A stretch of 64,000 nt of DNA from the NCBI GenBank assembly GCA_039809385.1, contig JBDHUY010000001.1:96001-160000 (forward strand), read 5' to 3'. The position numbers and the translations under genes are program-made. The stretch's first letter is position 1; every line of letters starts with the position of its first letter. The DNA comes from Candidatus Altimarinota bacterium. GTDB taxonomy: Bacteria; Patescibacteriota; Gracilibacteria; JBDHUY01. Shown here one piece after another: positions 40,629 to 49,259 of this stretch. The notes under the pieces are model-generated. The model did not search any database. It was given only the letters and a program-made list of their open reading frames with translations, and had not been told where the DNA came from.

Positions 40629-41675
40629 TCAGTTACTTTGCTTATCAATCAATCTTTTGATAGCAACTATATTTTCTTGCACTTCTTGAGGGTTAAATTG
40701 AGTTACAGCAATCCCAAATTGCTCATAATTATATTGAGATCTGTGCATTTGCCAAATGAAATATTCATACAATTTTATTAATTCCTCTGTTTCACTATAA
40801 GACAACTTAAAATTATCTCCTCTTTTCTCATCAAGTAAAAAAAGGAGCTTTTGTGATACACTTCTTGGTAAGTTTTGAATTAACAGGGAGGCTGTTTCGT
40901 ATTCGGGTCCAGAAGTAATGAGTTGGCCGTGCTTGGTACAAATTGATCGTAGTAATTTTATAAAATCCCGTATTACCATGAGTTGTATGGTCCTATTTGG
41001 ACCATATTTAAAAGAAGACAGGTACTGAGCCCCGTTTTTAGAGTAGTAAGATTCACCTTTTTCAGGATCATAATGACGTAATTCTTCTCCTTTACTTATT
41101 TGTTTACCAGAGGGCAGTATTTTGTAATACTCAGTAAAATAACTCTTTACTTGTTTTAAAACGCTTTTTCCATCCGAACCAACCAATTCCCCGAGCATTT
41201 TTCTTCGAGCCTCATCTAAAATTTGATTATTACCAGCTAGAACAGACGCATCTAAGATACGTGACGGCCATTTTTGACCAGTTTCAAGATATTCAGATAG
41301 GCGTTCCTTATTAATATCTTTCTTCTCAAAGCCTTTAAAAAAAACACCGTGCTGGGATTCAGTGCAACTTCTAATTTCCTGCTCAATCGTTGTAATCAAA
41401 TCGTTTACCGCAGATATGCTTTTTGCCAATACAATTACCTCTAACTTTGAATCTGGCCCTTTTTCAAATCTCCCGTCACTACCAGTAGCCAATAATACTA
41501 TATCATCTGTCTTATCGGTTACGCCTATAGTATGAAAAAAGTTGGTTACTAATTGCTGTAGTTCCAAGTTGTATTTTTGCAAATACTCAAAATATTTTTG
41601 AGGATTCTTTATATCGGGATTATCGATCTCTGGCAAAGTAGGACAAATCATTTTTGGACTTATAGCGTAGGACAT
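40629..41675 (-). CDS. GlnD/GlnE/DUF294-like nucleotidyltransferase-fold protein
   Basis: LLATGSDGRFEKGPDSKLEV (cf. GSxGRxExxxxSDLD), RILDASVLAGN, FKYGPNRTIQ, ELIKLYEYF..QMHR. Confidence 0.65.
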   Translation of the reverse strand: MSYAISPKMICPTLPEIDNPDIKNPQKYFEYLQKYNLELQQLVTNFFHTIGVTDKTDDIVLLATGSDGRFEKGPDSKLEVIVLAKSISAVNDLITTIEQEIRSCTESQHGVFFKGFEKKDINKERLSEYLETGQKWPSRILDASVLAGNNQILDEARRKMLGELVGSDGKSVLKQVKSYFTEYYKILPSGKQISKGEELRHYDPEKGESYYSKNGAQYLSSFKYGPNRTIQLMVIRDFIKLLRSICTKHGQLITSGPEYETASLLIQNLPRSVSQKLLFLLDEKRGDNFKLSYSETEELIKLYEYFIWQMHRSQYNYEQFGIAVTQFNPQEVQENIVAIKRLIDKQSN

Positions 41676-41738
41676 ACTATTAATATATTTATATAATATT
41701 CTTCACAAAAAGCAACAAAAAAACCAAGAATTTTATCC

Positions 41739-41773
41739 AAAAAAACCTCTTCTGTAGGCGAAGAGGTTTTTTT
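41739..41773 (-). terminator. Attenuator terminator of Val/Ile/Leu leader
   Basis: Minus strand AAAAAAACCTCTTC-GCCTACA-GAAGAGGTTTTTTT, 63 nt upstream of the start of the NTase-like gene. Confidence 0.8.
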
Positions 41774-41801
41774 ATATAACATGCTGAAGGAAATCTCTCC
41801 G

Positions 41802-41900
41802 CTATGGTAAGAGGTTAATAATGACTACTCGAAGTACAGACCGCACTGGAGAGTTCGTTTTTGAAGGAAATCGTTGTAGTGTCTTATCCAGTGTAAACAT
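41802..41900 (-). CDS. Putative branched-chain amino acid attenuator leader peptide (32 aa)
   Basis: MFTLDKTLQRFPSKTNSPVRSVLRVVIINLLP*; 9 of codons 19-31 are Val/Ile/Leu; promoter-like TTGACT-N16-TAGAAT upstream. Confidence 0.65.
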   Translation of the reverse strand: MFTLDKTLQRFPSKTNSPVRSVLRVVIINLLP

Positions 41901-41958
41901 AAGAGATTGTATAAATACTGGATCTATTCTAATTAGAGGGGAATAAAAGTCAAATCTA

Positions 41959-42904
41959 CGTTCTCTTTCAGATCAAATGCGACATAGCGAATTGATGAGG
42001 GGTGAGCATATTAAGGGATAAATGGGGTCGTTCGTGGTGGTAGTAATGGAGGTAGTCGTTGATCTTCTGCTGCAGCCAGGGCAGGTCTGATTTTTTGTAT
42101 TTGATATGACCCACACATTCTTTCCTCAGGATTCCGTTAAATCGTTCGATAAATGCCTGTTCATTCTTTTTGTACGGTCGTGCTGTTCTGAGCCGTATCC
42201 CCAATCCTCTTACTCTTCTTTGCCACTCGGCTTTGAACTCCGGTCCGCCATCCCGTTGCGCGTGTTCCATGTGTCCATAAAACTTCAACTGTTCAATAAA
42301 TGCTTCTTCTCCGGCTTTTGCTGTTAATCGGTCTTTCAAGATTACCGTTCCTTCTCTGGTACAAATATCAATCGACGTAAACGCATAAATATCTCCCAAA
42401 TCCACCGTATCAAATTGTAATGCTTCCCGAGCTCTGCTTGCTTTCAATACCGTTTTACCACGTACTACATTCTTCTTCCACTTACTGCGTAAAACATATT
42501 TCTCATTCAGAATTCGATAGATCGTGCTCCCCGAGACTTTTGTCCCATATTCTTTCTTCAAGAAATATTGAATCTTTTCTCCACAGCATTCGTGCCGCTC
42601 TTCCCGAATCTTCCAGATGTACCGTTTGGTTATCGGATCGGTTTCAGTTCTTTTTCGTTTCCCTTGCTTGGCCCGGGTAAAATCTCTCAAAAATATTTTG
42701 ATCCCTTTCTTCTTCATTCCATTGATCCATCGATACACCGTGGCTCGGTGTACTCCTATCTGCTTTGGTATCTGCTCTGGTGATATTTCGTTCTTGTACA
42801 AATTCCAGCATACATACATCTTCTCTATTGTTTTCATGTCCATAGGATTAGTAGCTTCCTTCTACTATTCTACCCTATGTCGCATTTTTAAAGAGAATAC
42901 AACG
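41959..42904 (-). mobile_element. IS481-like insertion sequence
   Basis: Imperfect terminal IRs (CGTT...AAATGCGACATAG / CTATGTCGCATTT...AACG); 5-bp direct repeat ATCTA at 41954-41958 and 42905-42909. Confidence 0.8.
41968..42843 (-). CDS. DDE (rve) transposase with N-terminal HTH
   Basis: GVHRATVYRW, QFDTV, QRDGGPEF, FIERFNGILRKE, YHHERPHLSL...TP. Confidence 0.93.
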   Translation of the reverse strand: MDMKTIEKMYVCWNLYKNEISPEQIPKQIGVHRATVYRWINGMKKKGIKIFLRDFTRAKQGKRKRTETDPITKRYIWKIREERHECCGEKIQYFLKKEYGTKVSGSTIYRILNEKYVLRSKWKKNVVRGKTVLKASRAREALQFDTVDLGDIYAFTSIDICTREGTVILKDRLTAKAGEEAFIEQLKFYGHMEHAQRDGGPEFKAEWQRRVRGLGIRLRTARPYKKNEQAFIERFNGILRKECVGHIKYKKSDLPWLQQKINDYLHYYHHERPHLSLNMLTPHQFAMSHLI

Positions 42905-42925
42905 ATCTATTATTTTTTATTAGAA

Positions 42926-44116
42926 TTACTCCGCGCTATTCTGAAGATTATTATATACATACTCTAACATTGAAGCTACGAGCGAATTGGTAACAATTGT
43001 ATCCCGCAGTCGCTGTAGCTTCTGATGGACAAGTTCGCACACAAGCTCGTTTACCTTTTGAAACGTAACATAACGCTGCCATTCGATAATTTCCTGAGGA
43101 GTGGCATTCGTAATGCTGAGGTGCTCCCCCACTTGAATCGGAAATCCTCTCTTGCCGTGAATTACCTGAGCCAGATTCCCCTGGACGGAAGCCAAATATA
43201 ACGCTCGTTTGGCATGATCGGTGATCATAGCCTTACTTCCATTCACAGCCACAATCGTACCTTTTTCTTCGCTAAAAGCACTCGTACGCTTGGCGACACA
43301 CAGCAACGTACCTCTTGCATCCCGTACCGCGATACAACATCCTATCTGAAATTGCTCTTCATCCAACTCGACCCGCAGGTTACCAAATTCACAACTTTCG
43401 GTAATAACTCCCAATCGTAAGGGACTTTTTTCAATTTCCTCCTCTATCTTTTCGGTATCAATGGGGTTGCCAAGTTGTTCGAAACCATATCCTCTGGCGA
43501 TACCAGCTCCGGCCGGAGCGAATTTGCTCGCTCCGTCAAACACGTCACCCCCACGTTTTTCCGTAAGTCTCAGTCCGATCAGTTTTTCCAAAGAGATTTC
43601 ATACACCTTTGCCTCGGCAAGTTTACCATGACCGTGAAACTCCGGCACCCGCATGTACCAACGAGCCGGACCGACAAGTATCAATCCGGATGGGTATTGA
43701 ATCATAACCCGTTTGCTTCCAACGTTGGAATCGTTCTCGTCATTTTGACCCACATGCGGATCGATAGTGATCACAAAAATAGCTTTACTACTCGATATTC
43801 TATCTTCAACGTATGCCGAAAGAGTGTGAGCAGCAGCTGTGAGGTTAAAGTTCTCTACTTTGTTGGTACGAATGGGAATAGGATTATCCGCCAAGATATA
43901 TTCCATGATCGCAGCCTGTTGGTTGAGCGATTCAGAATTGAGGTCGGCAATCGTAATAATCTGACAGGACAATTGCTCACCAGATTCTTTGAAATCAGGA
44001 AGAACCGTGCCTTTATTGGGGAGATTGGAGCGAGAATTCGCATTTGGATATACCGAAGTTTCGGTCTGAACATCGGGAGTATCAGAAAAAGAAGTTTGGT
44101 TCTTTAGAGTAGACAT
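42926..44116 (-). CDS. Divergent SAM hydrolase / SAM-dependent halogenase (DUF62) family protein
   Basis: IFVITIDPHVG..GSKR (cf. VVDPGVG..R), LVGP (cf. GPDNG), VFDGASKFAPAGAGIARG (cf. TFHGRDIFAPAAA.LA.G), CEFGNL (cf. D.FGN), LYLASVQGN (cf. LEIA.N.GN). Confidence 0.75.
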   Translation of the reverse strand: MSTLKNQTSFSDTPDVQTETSVYPNANSRSNLPNKGTVLPDFKESGEQLSCQIITIADLNSESLNQQAAIMEYILADNPIPIRTNKVENFNLTAAAHTLSAYVEDRISSSKAIFVITIDPHVGQNDENDSNVGSKRVMIQYPSGLILVGPARWYMRVPEFHGHGKLAEAKVYEISLEKLIGLRLTEKRGGDVFDGASKFAPAGAGIARGYGFEQLGNPIDTEKIEEEIEKSPLRLGVITESCEFGNLRVELDEEQFQIGCCIAVRDARGTLLCVAKRTSAFSEEKGTIVAVNGSKAMITDHAKRALYLASVQGNLAQVIHGKRGFPIQVGEHLSITNATPQEIIEWQRYVTFQKVNELVCELVHQKLQRLRDTIVTNSLVASMLEYVYNNLQNSAE

Positions 44117-44139
44117 ACCAGAAAAAGAAATGAGATAAT

Positions 44140-44170
44140 AAAAAACAGCCTCCGAAATGGTCGAAGGCTG
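44140..44170 (-). terminator. Attenuator terminator of Met leader
   Basis: Minus strand CAGCCTTCGA-CCAT-TTCGGAGGCTG-TTTTTT, 23 nt upstream of the DUF62 start; 3' arm TTCGGAGGC exactly repeated in the leader (44207-44215). Confidence 0.85.
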
Positions 44171-44195
44171 CTTGTTTTAAAGGGGATAACGCACT

Positions 44196-44315
44196 TTAAA
44201 CCATTTGCCTCCGAAGCAGACGCATCATCATCATTATCGCCATCATCATGTACCCGGTACGACAAATGTTGTTAACCGAAACTTCCTGTGATGGAATGTT
44301 TGAATACCGGGACAT
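44196..44315 (-). CDS. Putative methionine attenuator leader peptide (39 aa)
   Basis: MSRYSNIPSQEVSVNNICRTGYMMMAIMMMMRLLRRQMV*; 7 Met in 9 consecutive codons. Confidence 0.82.
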   Translation of the reverse strand: MSRYSNIPSQEVSVNNICRTGYMMMAIMMMMRLLRRQMV

Positions 44316-44339
44316 AGAAAGAAAAAAGATTTTTACATC

Positions 44340-44367
44340 ATCATAATCGTCAAAAAAAGTTTGTCAA
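44340..44367 (-). promoter_or_regulatory. Sigma70-type promoter of Met leader
   Basis: Minus strand TTGACA-N16-TATGAT, 24 nt upstream of the leader ATG. Confidence 0.65.
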
Positions 44368-44569
44368 AAAATTCCCGAAGAAATTCCTACAATTCATTCT
44401 ATTCTTGTAACAAGTGTATTATTATGAGAGTTTATACAATAATTAGTAGCTTATAATTTAATACCTCCATCCTTGAAGGCAGATCAGTATCATTTTCAAG
44501 TTTTCCGTGATTTTTTAATTTCACCGAAAATGATAAAATAAAGCAACTATAAAACTTCATTCATTCTTC

Positions 44570-44597
44570 TTGCCACCGCAAACCCCGCTGCTATAAT
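44570..44597 (+). promoter_or_regulatory. Promoter of tRNA-Thr
   Basis: TTGCCA-N16-TATAAT with extended -10 TGn. Confidence 0.6.
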
Positions 44598-44660
44598 GTC
44601 CCTGCATTTTTAAGATGGAAAAGTCGGAGCAGTCGCTCTGAGAACAAAGAAATGCTGAAT

Positions 44661-44735
44661 GCCGGAGTAGCTCAGTGGTAGAGCAATGCTTTCGTAAAGC
44701 AGTGGTCGTGGGTTCAACTCCCATCTCCGGCTCCA
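44661..44735 (+). tRNA. tRNA-Thr(CGT)
   Basis: GCCGGAGTAGCTCAGTGGTAGAGCAATGCTTTCGTAAAGCAGTGGTCGTGGGTTCAACTCCCATCTCCGGCTCCA; loop TTCGTAA; one mismatch at top of anticodon stem. Confidence 0.9.
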
Positions 44736-45086
44736 GGGGGAAATAGTATAAAGTATCTGGTATTAGGTATCTAGTATAGTGCCGAATAAGTAAACCACGT
44801 GCGGAAACATGAGTCCGGGGTTTTTACAGATAAGGACGTTTGACTCTTGACCTCCAAGACCTGTCCATTCACCCATTCCCGAGTCCTCATGCCCCTGCTG
44901 TTGGCTGTAAGCTGTCAGCTCTGTGTTTTGGCTAATCGCCACTACCCGCCTGTCACCGCTGTAAGCTGTTCGCTGACCGCTGAACGCCGCCCGCCTGATT
45001 TGTCCCTTGCCTTTTACCTGCTCTTTTTCTATAGTAGAACACGCTTATCAAACGACCTCTTATTTTCTATTTATCTAAAACCTGTT

Positions 45087-47579
45087 ATGAAGACCCGTTC
45101 GCGTTTTATCCTCATCCTGATCGTATTTGTATTTTCCTTGCTGGTAGCGTTGCCTTCAAGCGTAAAAACCACCGCCTTCCGCGCGGTAGGACTGGAGAGT
45201 AACGGGGTTGCCCAGTGGTTGAGCAACCAGCAGATCAGCCTCGGACTGGATTTACAGGGAGGTACGCAGCTCGATTACAAAGTCGACCTCAGAGACGTCC
45301 CCCAAAGAGATCGAAACCAGGTCATCGAGGGAGTCAAAGCCGTATTTGAAAAACGAGTTAACGGTCTGGGAGTATCCGAACCGAATATCTATACCTCCGT
45401 GGTAGGCAATGAAGAGCATATTATCGTTGAACTCGCCGGTATTACCGATATCAATGAGGCAAAAGCCACGATCGGGAAGGTGATTCAGCTCGAATTCAAA
45501 GTACAGAACGATGCCCAGGAATCGGATCAAAAGAGCCAGATCAAAAAGCAAGCCGAAGCGGTCCTGGTAGAAGCCAAAGCTAGCCCTCAAAACTTCGAGA
45601 CGATCGGCAAGGAAAACGAAAAAGCCAGCCGGGTCGAGTACAAACAGGAAAGCAACTTTCTGGACGCTGCTCCCGGTCCTGTCCAGAAAATTCTTCCCAC
45701 GCTGGCTGAGAATCAGGTGAATCCGGAACTGGAGGAAGGCCAAACCGAGAGCACGTTCGAATTTGTAGACGGACAGGTACGGGAAGTACCGGCCAAGCAG
45801 GGGTACTTTATTGTAAAAGGCATATCCAGCGAACCGGTTTTGCGACCCGATCCTAAAAATGCGGAAGATTTTCTAAAGGCAGGTCAGGAAGTATCGACTG
45901 ACAAAAAAGTAGACCTCGGCTTCGTGCGCAAAGGAGACTTGGATCCCGAACTTCAGGACAAAGTATTTTCCCTCTCGGCCGGCAATATTTCGGATGTCCT
46001 GGAAACATCCAAAGGCTACTATATTGCCAAACTGGTTCAGACGCTTCCTAAGGACGAGGAAATGATCCGGGCGGATAGTATCCTGATCAAACTCAAACCG
46101 GAACAACCGACCAAGACCATCGATGCCAGTCTACCCGATGCCGAAAAGCAGAAATTGGAAGAAGAAAATACAAAGATTCTGGCTGACAACGGGAGTGCCA
46201 AAAAATATAACGAGGAGGAAGCACCGAAACGAGCGCAGGAAGCCCTGGAAAAAGCCAAAGCCGATCCTGGCAGTTTTGCCGAGTTGGTAAATCAATATTC
46301 CGACGATACCGCCGCGAAGGCACACGGAGGCGATATGGGTTTCTTTACGAAAGACCAGCGCGCTCCCGAAATCGCGGAAAAAGCCTTTGGCGCCAATAAG
46401 GGCGACCTGATTCCGGAAGCAATCAAAACCAGCGAAGGATACTATATCCTGCGCGTAACCGATAAAAAGGCCAAAGACGAAGAGATTGCCCGGGTTCAGA
46501 TGATTCAGATCTGTGGAAACGAGCAAACCGGCTGTACGGCAAGCCTAAGTAAGAGCGAAGCCAAAACCAAAGCCGACGAGACCCTCAAACGAGTGCGGGA
46601 AGAAAAGAAATACACCTATGCCTACATTTACTTTTCAACCAATCCTGATCCGTGGAAACCGGCTCTGGCCACGAATCCTATCACCAAAGAACAAGAACCG
46701 CTGACCGGAAAATTCTTCAAACGGGCCGATCTGCAATACGATTCGCGCACCTTCGAACCTGTCGTAGTTATCTCGTTTAACGACGAAGGCGCCAAAATGT
46801 TCGAAGAGTTAACCGGCCGCTTGGTCAATCAACCTCTCGCTATTTTCGTCGGAGGAGAACTGATTTCGGCTCCGACGGTCAACGACAAGATCAGCGGGGG
46901 AAACGCGACCATCTCGGGACGATTCAGCGACGAGGAAGCCGCTAAATTACAGCGTGATTTGAATGCCGGCGCGATCCCGGCTCCGATTACGCTGGTCGGC
47001 GAACAGGAGATCGGCGGATCGGTCGGGACCGAGGCTCTCAATGCCTCGCTGAAGGCCGGATTGATCGGCATACTAGTACTGATTCTCTTCATGATTTTGT
47101 ATTACCGACTACCTGGTTTGATCGCCAGCTTAGCTTTAGGGCTCTATGTAATTGTTTTCATTGCTTTCATCAAACTCTGGCCCGGCATGGTCATGACCCT
47201 GGCCGGAATTGCCGGTGTGATCCTGTCGATCGGTGTAGCGGTAGACGGCAATATTCTCATATTCGAACGCGTACGTGAAGAGCTTTCTCTTGGCAAGACG
47301 CTGAATGCGGCACTGAAAGCCGGATTTGAACGAGCCTGGACTTCGATCCGGGATTCCAACTCGTCTTCGATTTTGACCGCAATCATCCTGTTGTGGTTTG
47401 GAACCAGCATTATCAAAGGATTTGCCTTCATGCTGATCGTCGGCGTAGTCTTGAGCTTATTCAGCGCCATCTACGTAACCAGAACGTTACTATACGTTTT
47501 CAATACGTCGCGGTTTGAAAAGAACCTGTTCCTGTGGGGAGCCAAGAAACCGGTCGCCGAAGAAGGCAAGAAGAAATGA
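45087..47579 (+). CDS. secD: Protein translocase subunit SecD with inserted parvulin (PpiC) PPIase domains
   Basis: LGLDLQGG, RVNGLGVSEP, IIVELAG, LNAGAIP, TLAGIAG.ILSIGVAVDGNILIFER, IRDSN, IKGFA; inserted FAELVNQYSDD...GGDMGFF and DLGFV..GDL...ISDVLETSKGYYI; start ATG 45087. Confidence 0.95.
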   Translation: MKTRSRFILILIVFVFSLLVALPSSVKTTAFRAVGLESNGVAQWLSNQQISLGLDLQGGTQLDYKVDLRDVPQRDRNQVIEGVKAVFEKRVNGLGVSEPNIYTSVVGNEEHIIVELAGITDINEAKATIGKVIQLEFKVQNDAQESDQKSQIKKQAEAVLVEAKASPQNFETIGKENEKASRVEYKQESNFLDAAPGPVQKILPTLAENQVNPELEEGQTESTFEFVDGQVREVPAKQGYFIVKGISSEPVLRPDPKNAEDFLKAGQEVSTDKKVDLGFVRKGDLDPELQDKVFSLSAGNISDVLETSKGYYIAKLVQTLPKDEEMIRADSILIKLKPEQPTKTIDASLPDAEKQKLEEENTKILADNGSAKKYNEEEAPKRAQEALEKAKADPGSFAELVNQYSDDTAAKAHGGDMGFFTKDQRAPEIAEKAFGANKGDLIPEAIKTSEGYYILRVTDKKAKDEEIARVQMIQICGNEQTGCTASLSKSEAKTKADETLKRVREEKKYTYAYIYFSTNPDPWKPALATNPITKEQEPLTGKFFKRADLQYDSRTFEPVVVISFNDEGAKMFEELTGRLVNQPLAIFVGGELISAPTVNDKISGGNATISGRFSDEEAAKLQRDLNAGAIPAPITLVGEQEIGGSVGTEALNASLKAGLIGILVLILFMILYYRLPGLIASLALGLYVIVFIAFIKLWPGMVMTLAGIAGVILSIGVAVDGNILIFERVREELSLGKTLNAALKAGFERAWTSIRDSNSSSILTAIILLWFGTSIIKGFAFMLIVGVVLSLFSAIYVTRTLLYVFNTSRFEKNLFLWGAKKPVAEEGKKK

Positions 47580-47935
47580 TGTACTGCCTTTGACCTTCAA
47601 TGCTTTCTTCCCTCAGCACAAACTTTAGACTTTTGTCCCGACCTCCTATGTCCCCTGCTATAAACTGTTAGCTGTAAGTTGTTCACTAGCTCCCCTTGCA
47701 TCCTGCTCCTTATTTTGGTTTAATAAGCGGGATGTTTCTCTTTTTATTTATTTTTATCTCTTTTCCGGTCGGGATCGTACAATCCTCCCAGGGAAAACAA
47801 GCAGGAAGAATAAAGCATCCAGGGATAAGGAAAAATGTTTTATACATACTACCTTATACCTAATACTTTATACTATTGTCTCCCGGGCCCCAGTACGAAA
47901 CGAACGATCACGGAAATAACTTTTAAGGATGTGTT

Positions 47936-48679
47936 ATGCAGATCACCACGGATGACCTCATCGGTCACGCAGTCCATTTCGGACTGAAAACCCAACGCTG
48001 GGATCCGAAGATGAAGGAATTCATCGCCGGAAGCAGCAAAGGCATTCATATTTTCGACGTCGAAACCCAGAAACAAAAACTGGAAGAAGCGTTTAATTTT
48101 ATCGTAAAAACCGCCCAGGAAGGAAAAAACTTCCTGCTGATCGGTACGAAGCTGCAAGTCAGCGACCTAACCGCAGAACTGGGCAAAGAACTGTCCATGC
48201 CTTATGTAAACCATAAATGGACGCCCGGCTTTCTCACCAATTTCGAGACCAGCCGCCGCCGTATCAAATACCTGCACGATATCGAACAAATGGAGGACAG
48301 CGGCGACATCGAGAAATATACCAAAAAAGAACAATCGAAACTGATGAAAGAAAAGAACGATCTGCTCTACGCTCTTTCGGGAGTAAAGCAGATGGACAAA
48401 TTGCCCGATGTGGTGATTATCATCGACGGCAAAAAAGAGCATATCGCTTTGCGTGAAGCCAAAAACCTTGGGATGCATATTGTCTGCTTTCTCAATTCCA
48501 ACGGAAACCCGGACGGAGTGCACTACCCGGTTCCGGGAAACGTGAACGCCATTCGCTCGCTCAAATACCTCCTGCCTCTGGTAAAAGACGCTTACGCGCG
48601 CGGACGACACCTCAAACCGCGGGGCAAAGGAGAAGAGACGGGCAAAGCTCAGGCACCTGTAGCGGCAGAAACAGACTAG
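47936..48679 (+). CDS. rpsB: 30S ribosomal protein S2
   Basis: AVHFG....RWDPKM, GIHIFD, LIGTK, YVNHKWTPGFLTNF, LSGVKQMDKLPD, YPVPGN. Confidence 0.95.
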   Translation: MQITTDDLIGHAVHFGLKTQRWDPKMKEFIAGSSKGIHIFDVETQKQKLEEAFNFIVKTAQEGKNFLLIGTKLQVSDLTAELGKELSMPYVNHKWTPGFLTNFETSRRRIKYLHDIEQMEDSGDIEKYTKKEQSKLMKEKNDLLYALSGVKQMDKLPDVVIIIDGKKEHIALREAKNLGMHIVCFLNSNGNPDGVHYPVPGNVNAIRSLKYLLPLVKDAYARGRHLKPRGKGEETGKAQAPVAAETD

Positions 48680-48824
48680 AATATAGTATTACATATCTGG
48701 TATCTGACTGCTATGGCTGATTCTCTGTTTTAGACTAAGTACTAGGCACTATGTACTGTTGCCTGTTTAGCTGACAGCTTGTCCCCATCACTTTGCATTT
48801 TGCACTTTAGATTTTGCACTATCT

Positions 48825-49169
48825 ATGTCCCCTGAAACGCCGCCGCCTACAAACCAGCCGCCACTGCTTAACCCTGCTCCCGACGAGACTGAAAAATTGC
48901 TCTCGGCAATTGGATATTTGGGATTGCTATGTGTTTTACCCCTAGTCCTGCGGCGCGAAAGCAAGTTTTGCCAGCATCACGGCAAACAAGCGCTGGTCTT
49001 GGCTATTTTTGACTTGGGACTGCGCTTAACGGTATTCCTGGGGTGGCTCTACGGCCTGGTAACCCTGCTCTACTACGGACTGATCGTCTACTGCATGATT
49101 CGGGTCTTCCGGGGATCATACTTCCGGCTCCCGGTCGTCGCGGATATGGCAGACAGTCTGAAATTTTAA
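48825..49169 (+). CDS. DUF4870-like small membrane protein
   Basis: LSAIGYLGLLCVLPL...FCQHHGKQALVL...G.YFRLPVV. Confidence 0.75.
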   Translation: MSPETPPPTNQPPLLNPAPDETEKLLSAIGYLGLLCVLPLVLRRESKFCQHHGKQALVLAIFDLGLRLTVFLGWLYGLVTLLYYGLIVYCMIRVFRGSYFRLPVVADMADSLKF

Positions 49170-49259
49170 CTGCAGATCGGAACGCAGAAAAGGGAGTAAT
49201 ACTCCAGTCATTCTGAGCGAAGCGAAGAATCTACCTTTTAACTTTATAAACATACATCT

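Noticed and set aside
44223-44249. CAT/ATG trinucleotide run as a mere microsatellite or His-rich plus-strand peptide
   Set aside because: On the minus strand it is in frame within a uORF between a promoter and a terminator with a matching antiterminator, upstream of a SAM-related gene; no comparable layout exists on the plus strand
30300-44735. Integrative island anchored at tRNA-Thr
   Set aside because: No integrase and no duplicated tRNA 3' end seen; the block lies 5' of the tRNA
44847-45086. ORF-track N-terminal extension of secD (similar ones on tsaD, tyrA, jag, dnaK)
   Set aside because: It translates intergenic repeat DNA; family homology starts at the downstream ATG
47696-47935. Structured S2 autoregulatory leader upstream of rpsB
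   Set aside because: Plausible by position, but no recognisable conserved motif could be confirmed by eye
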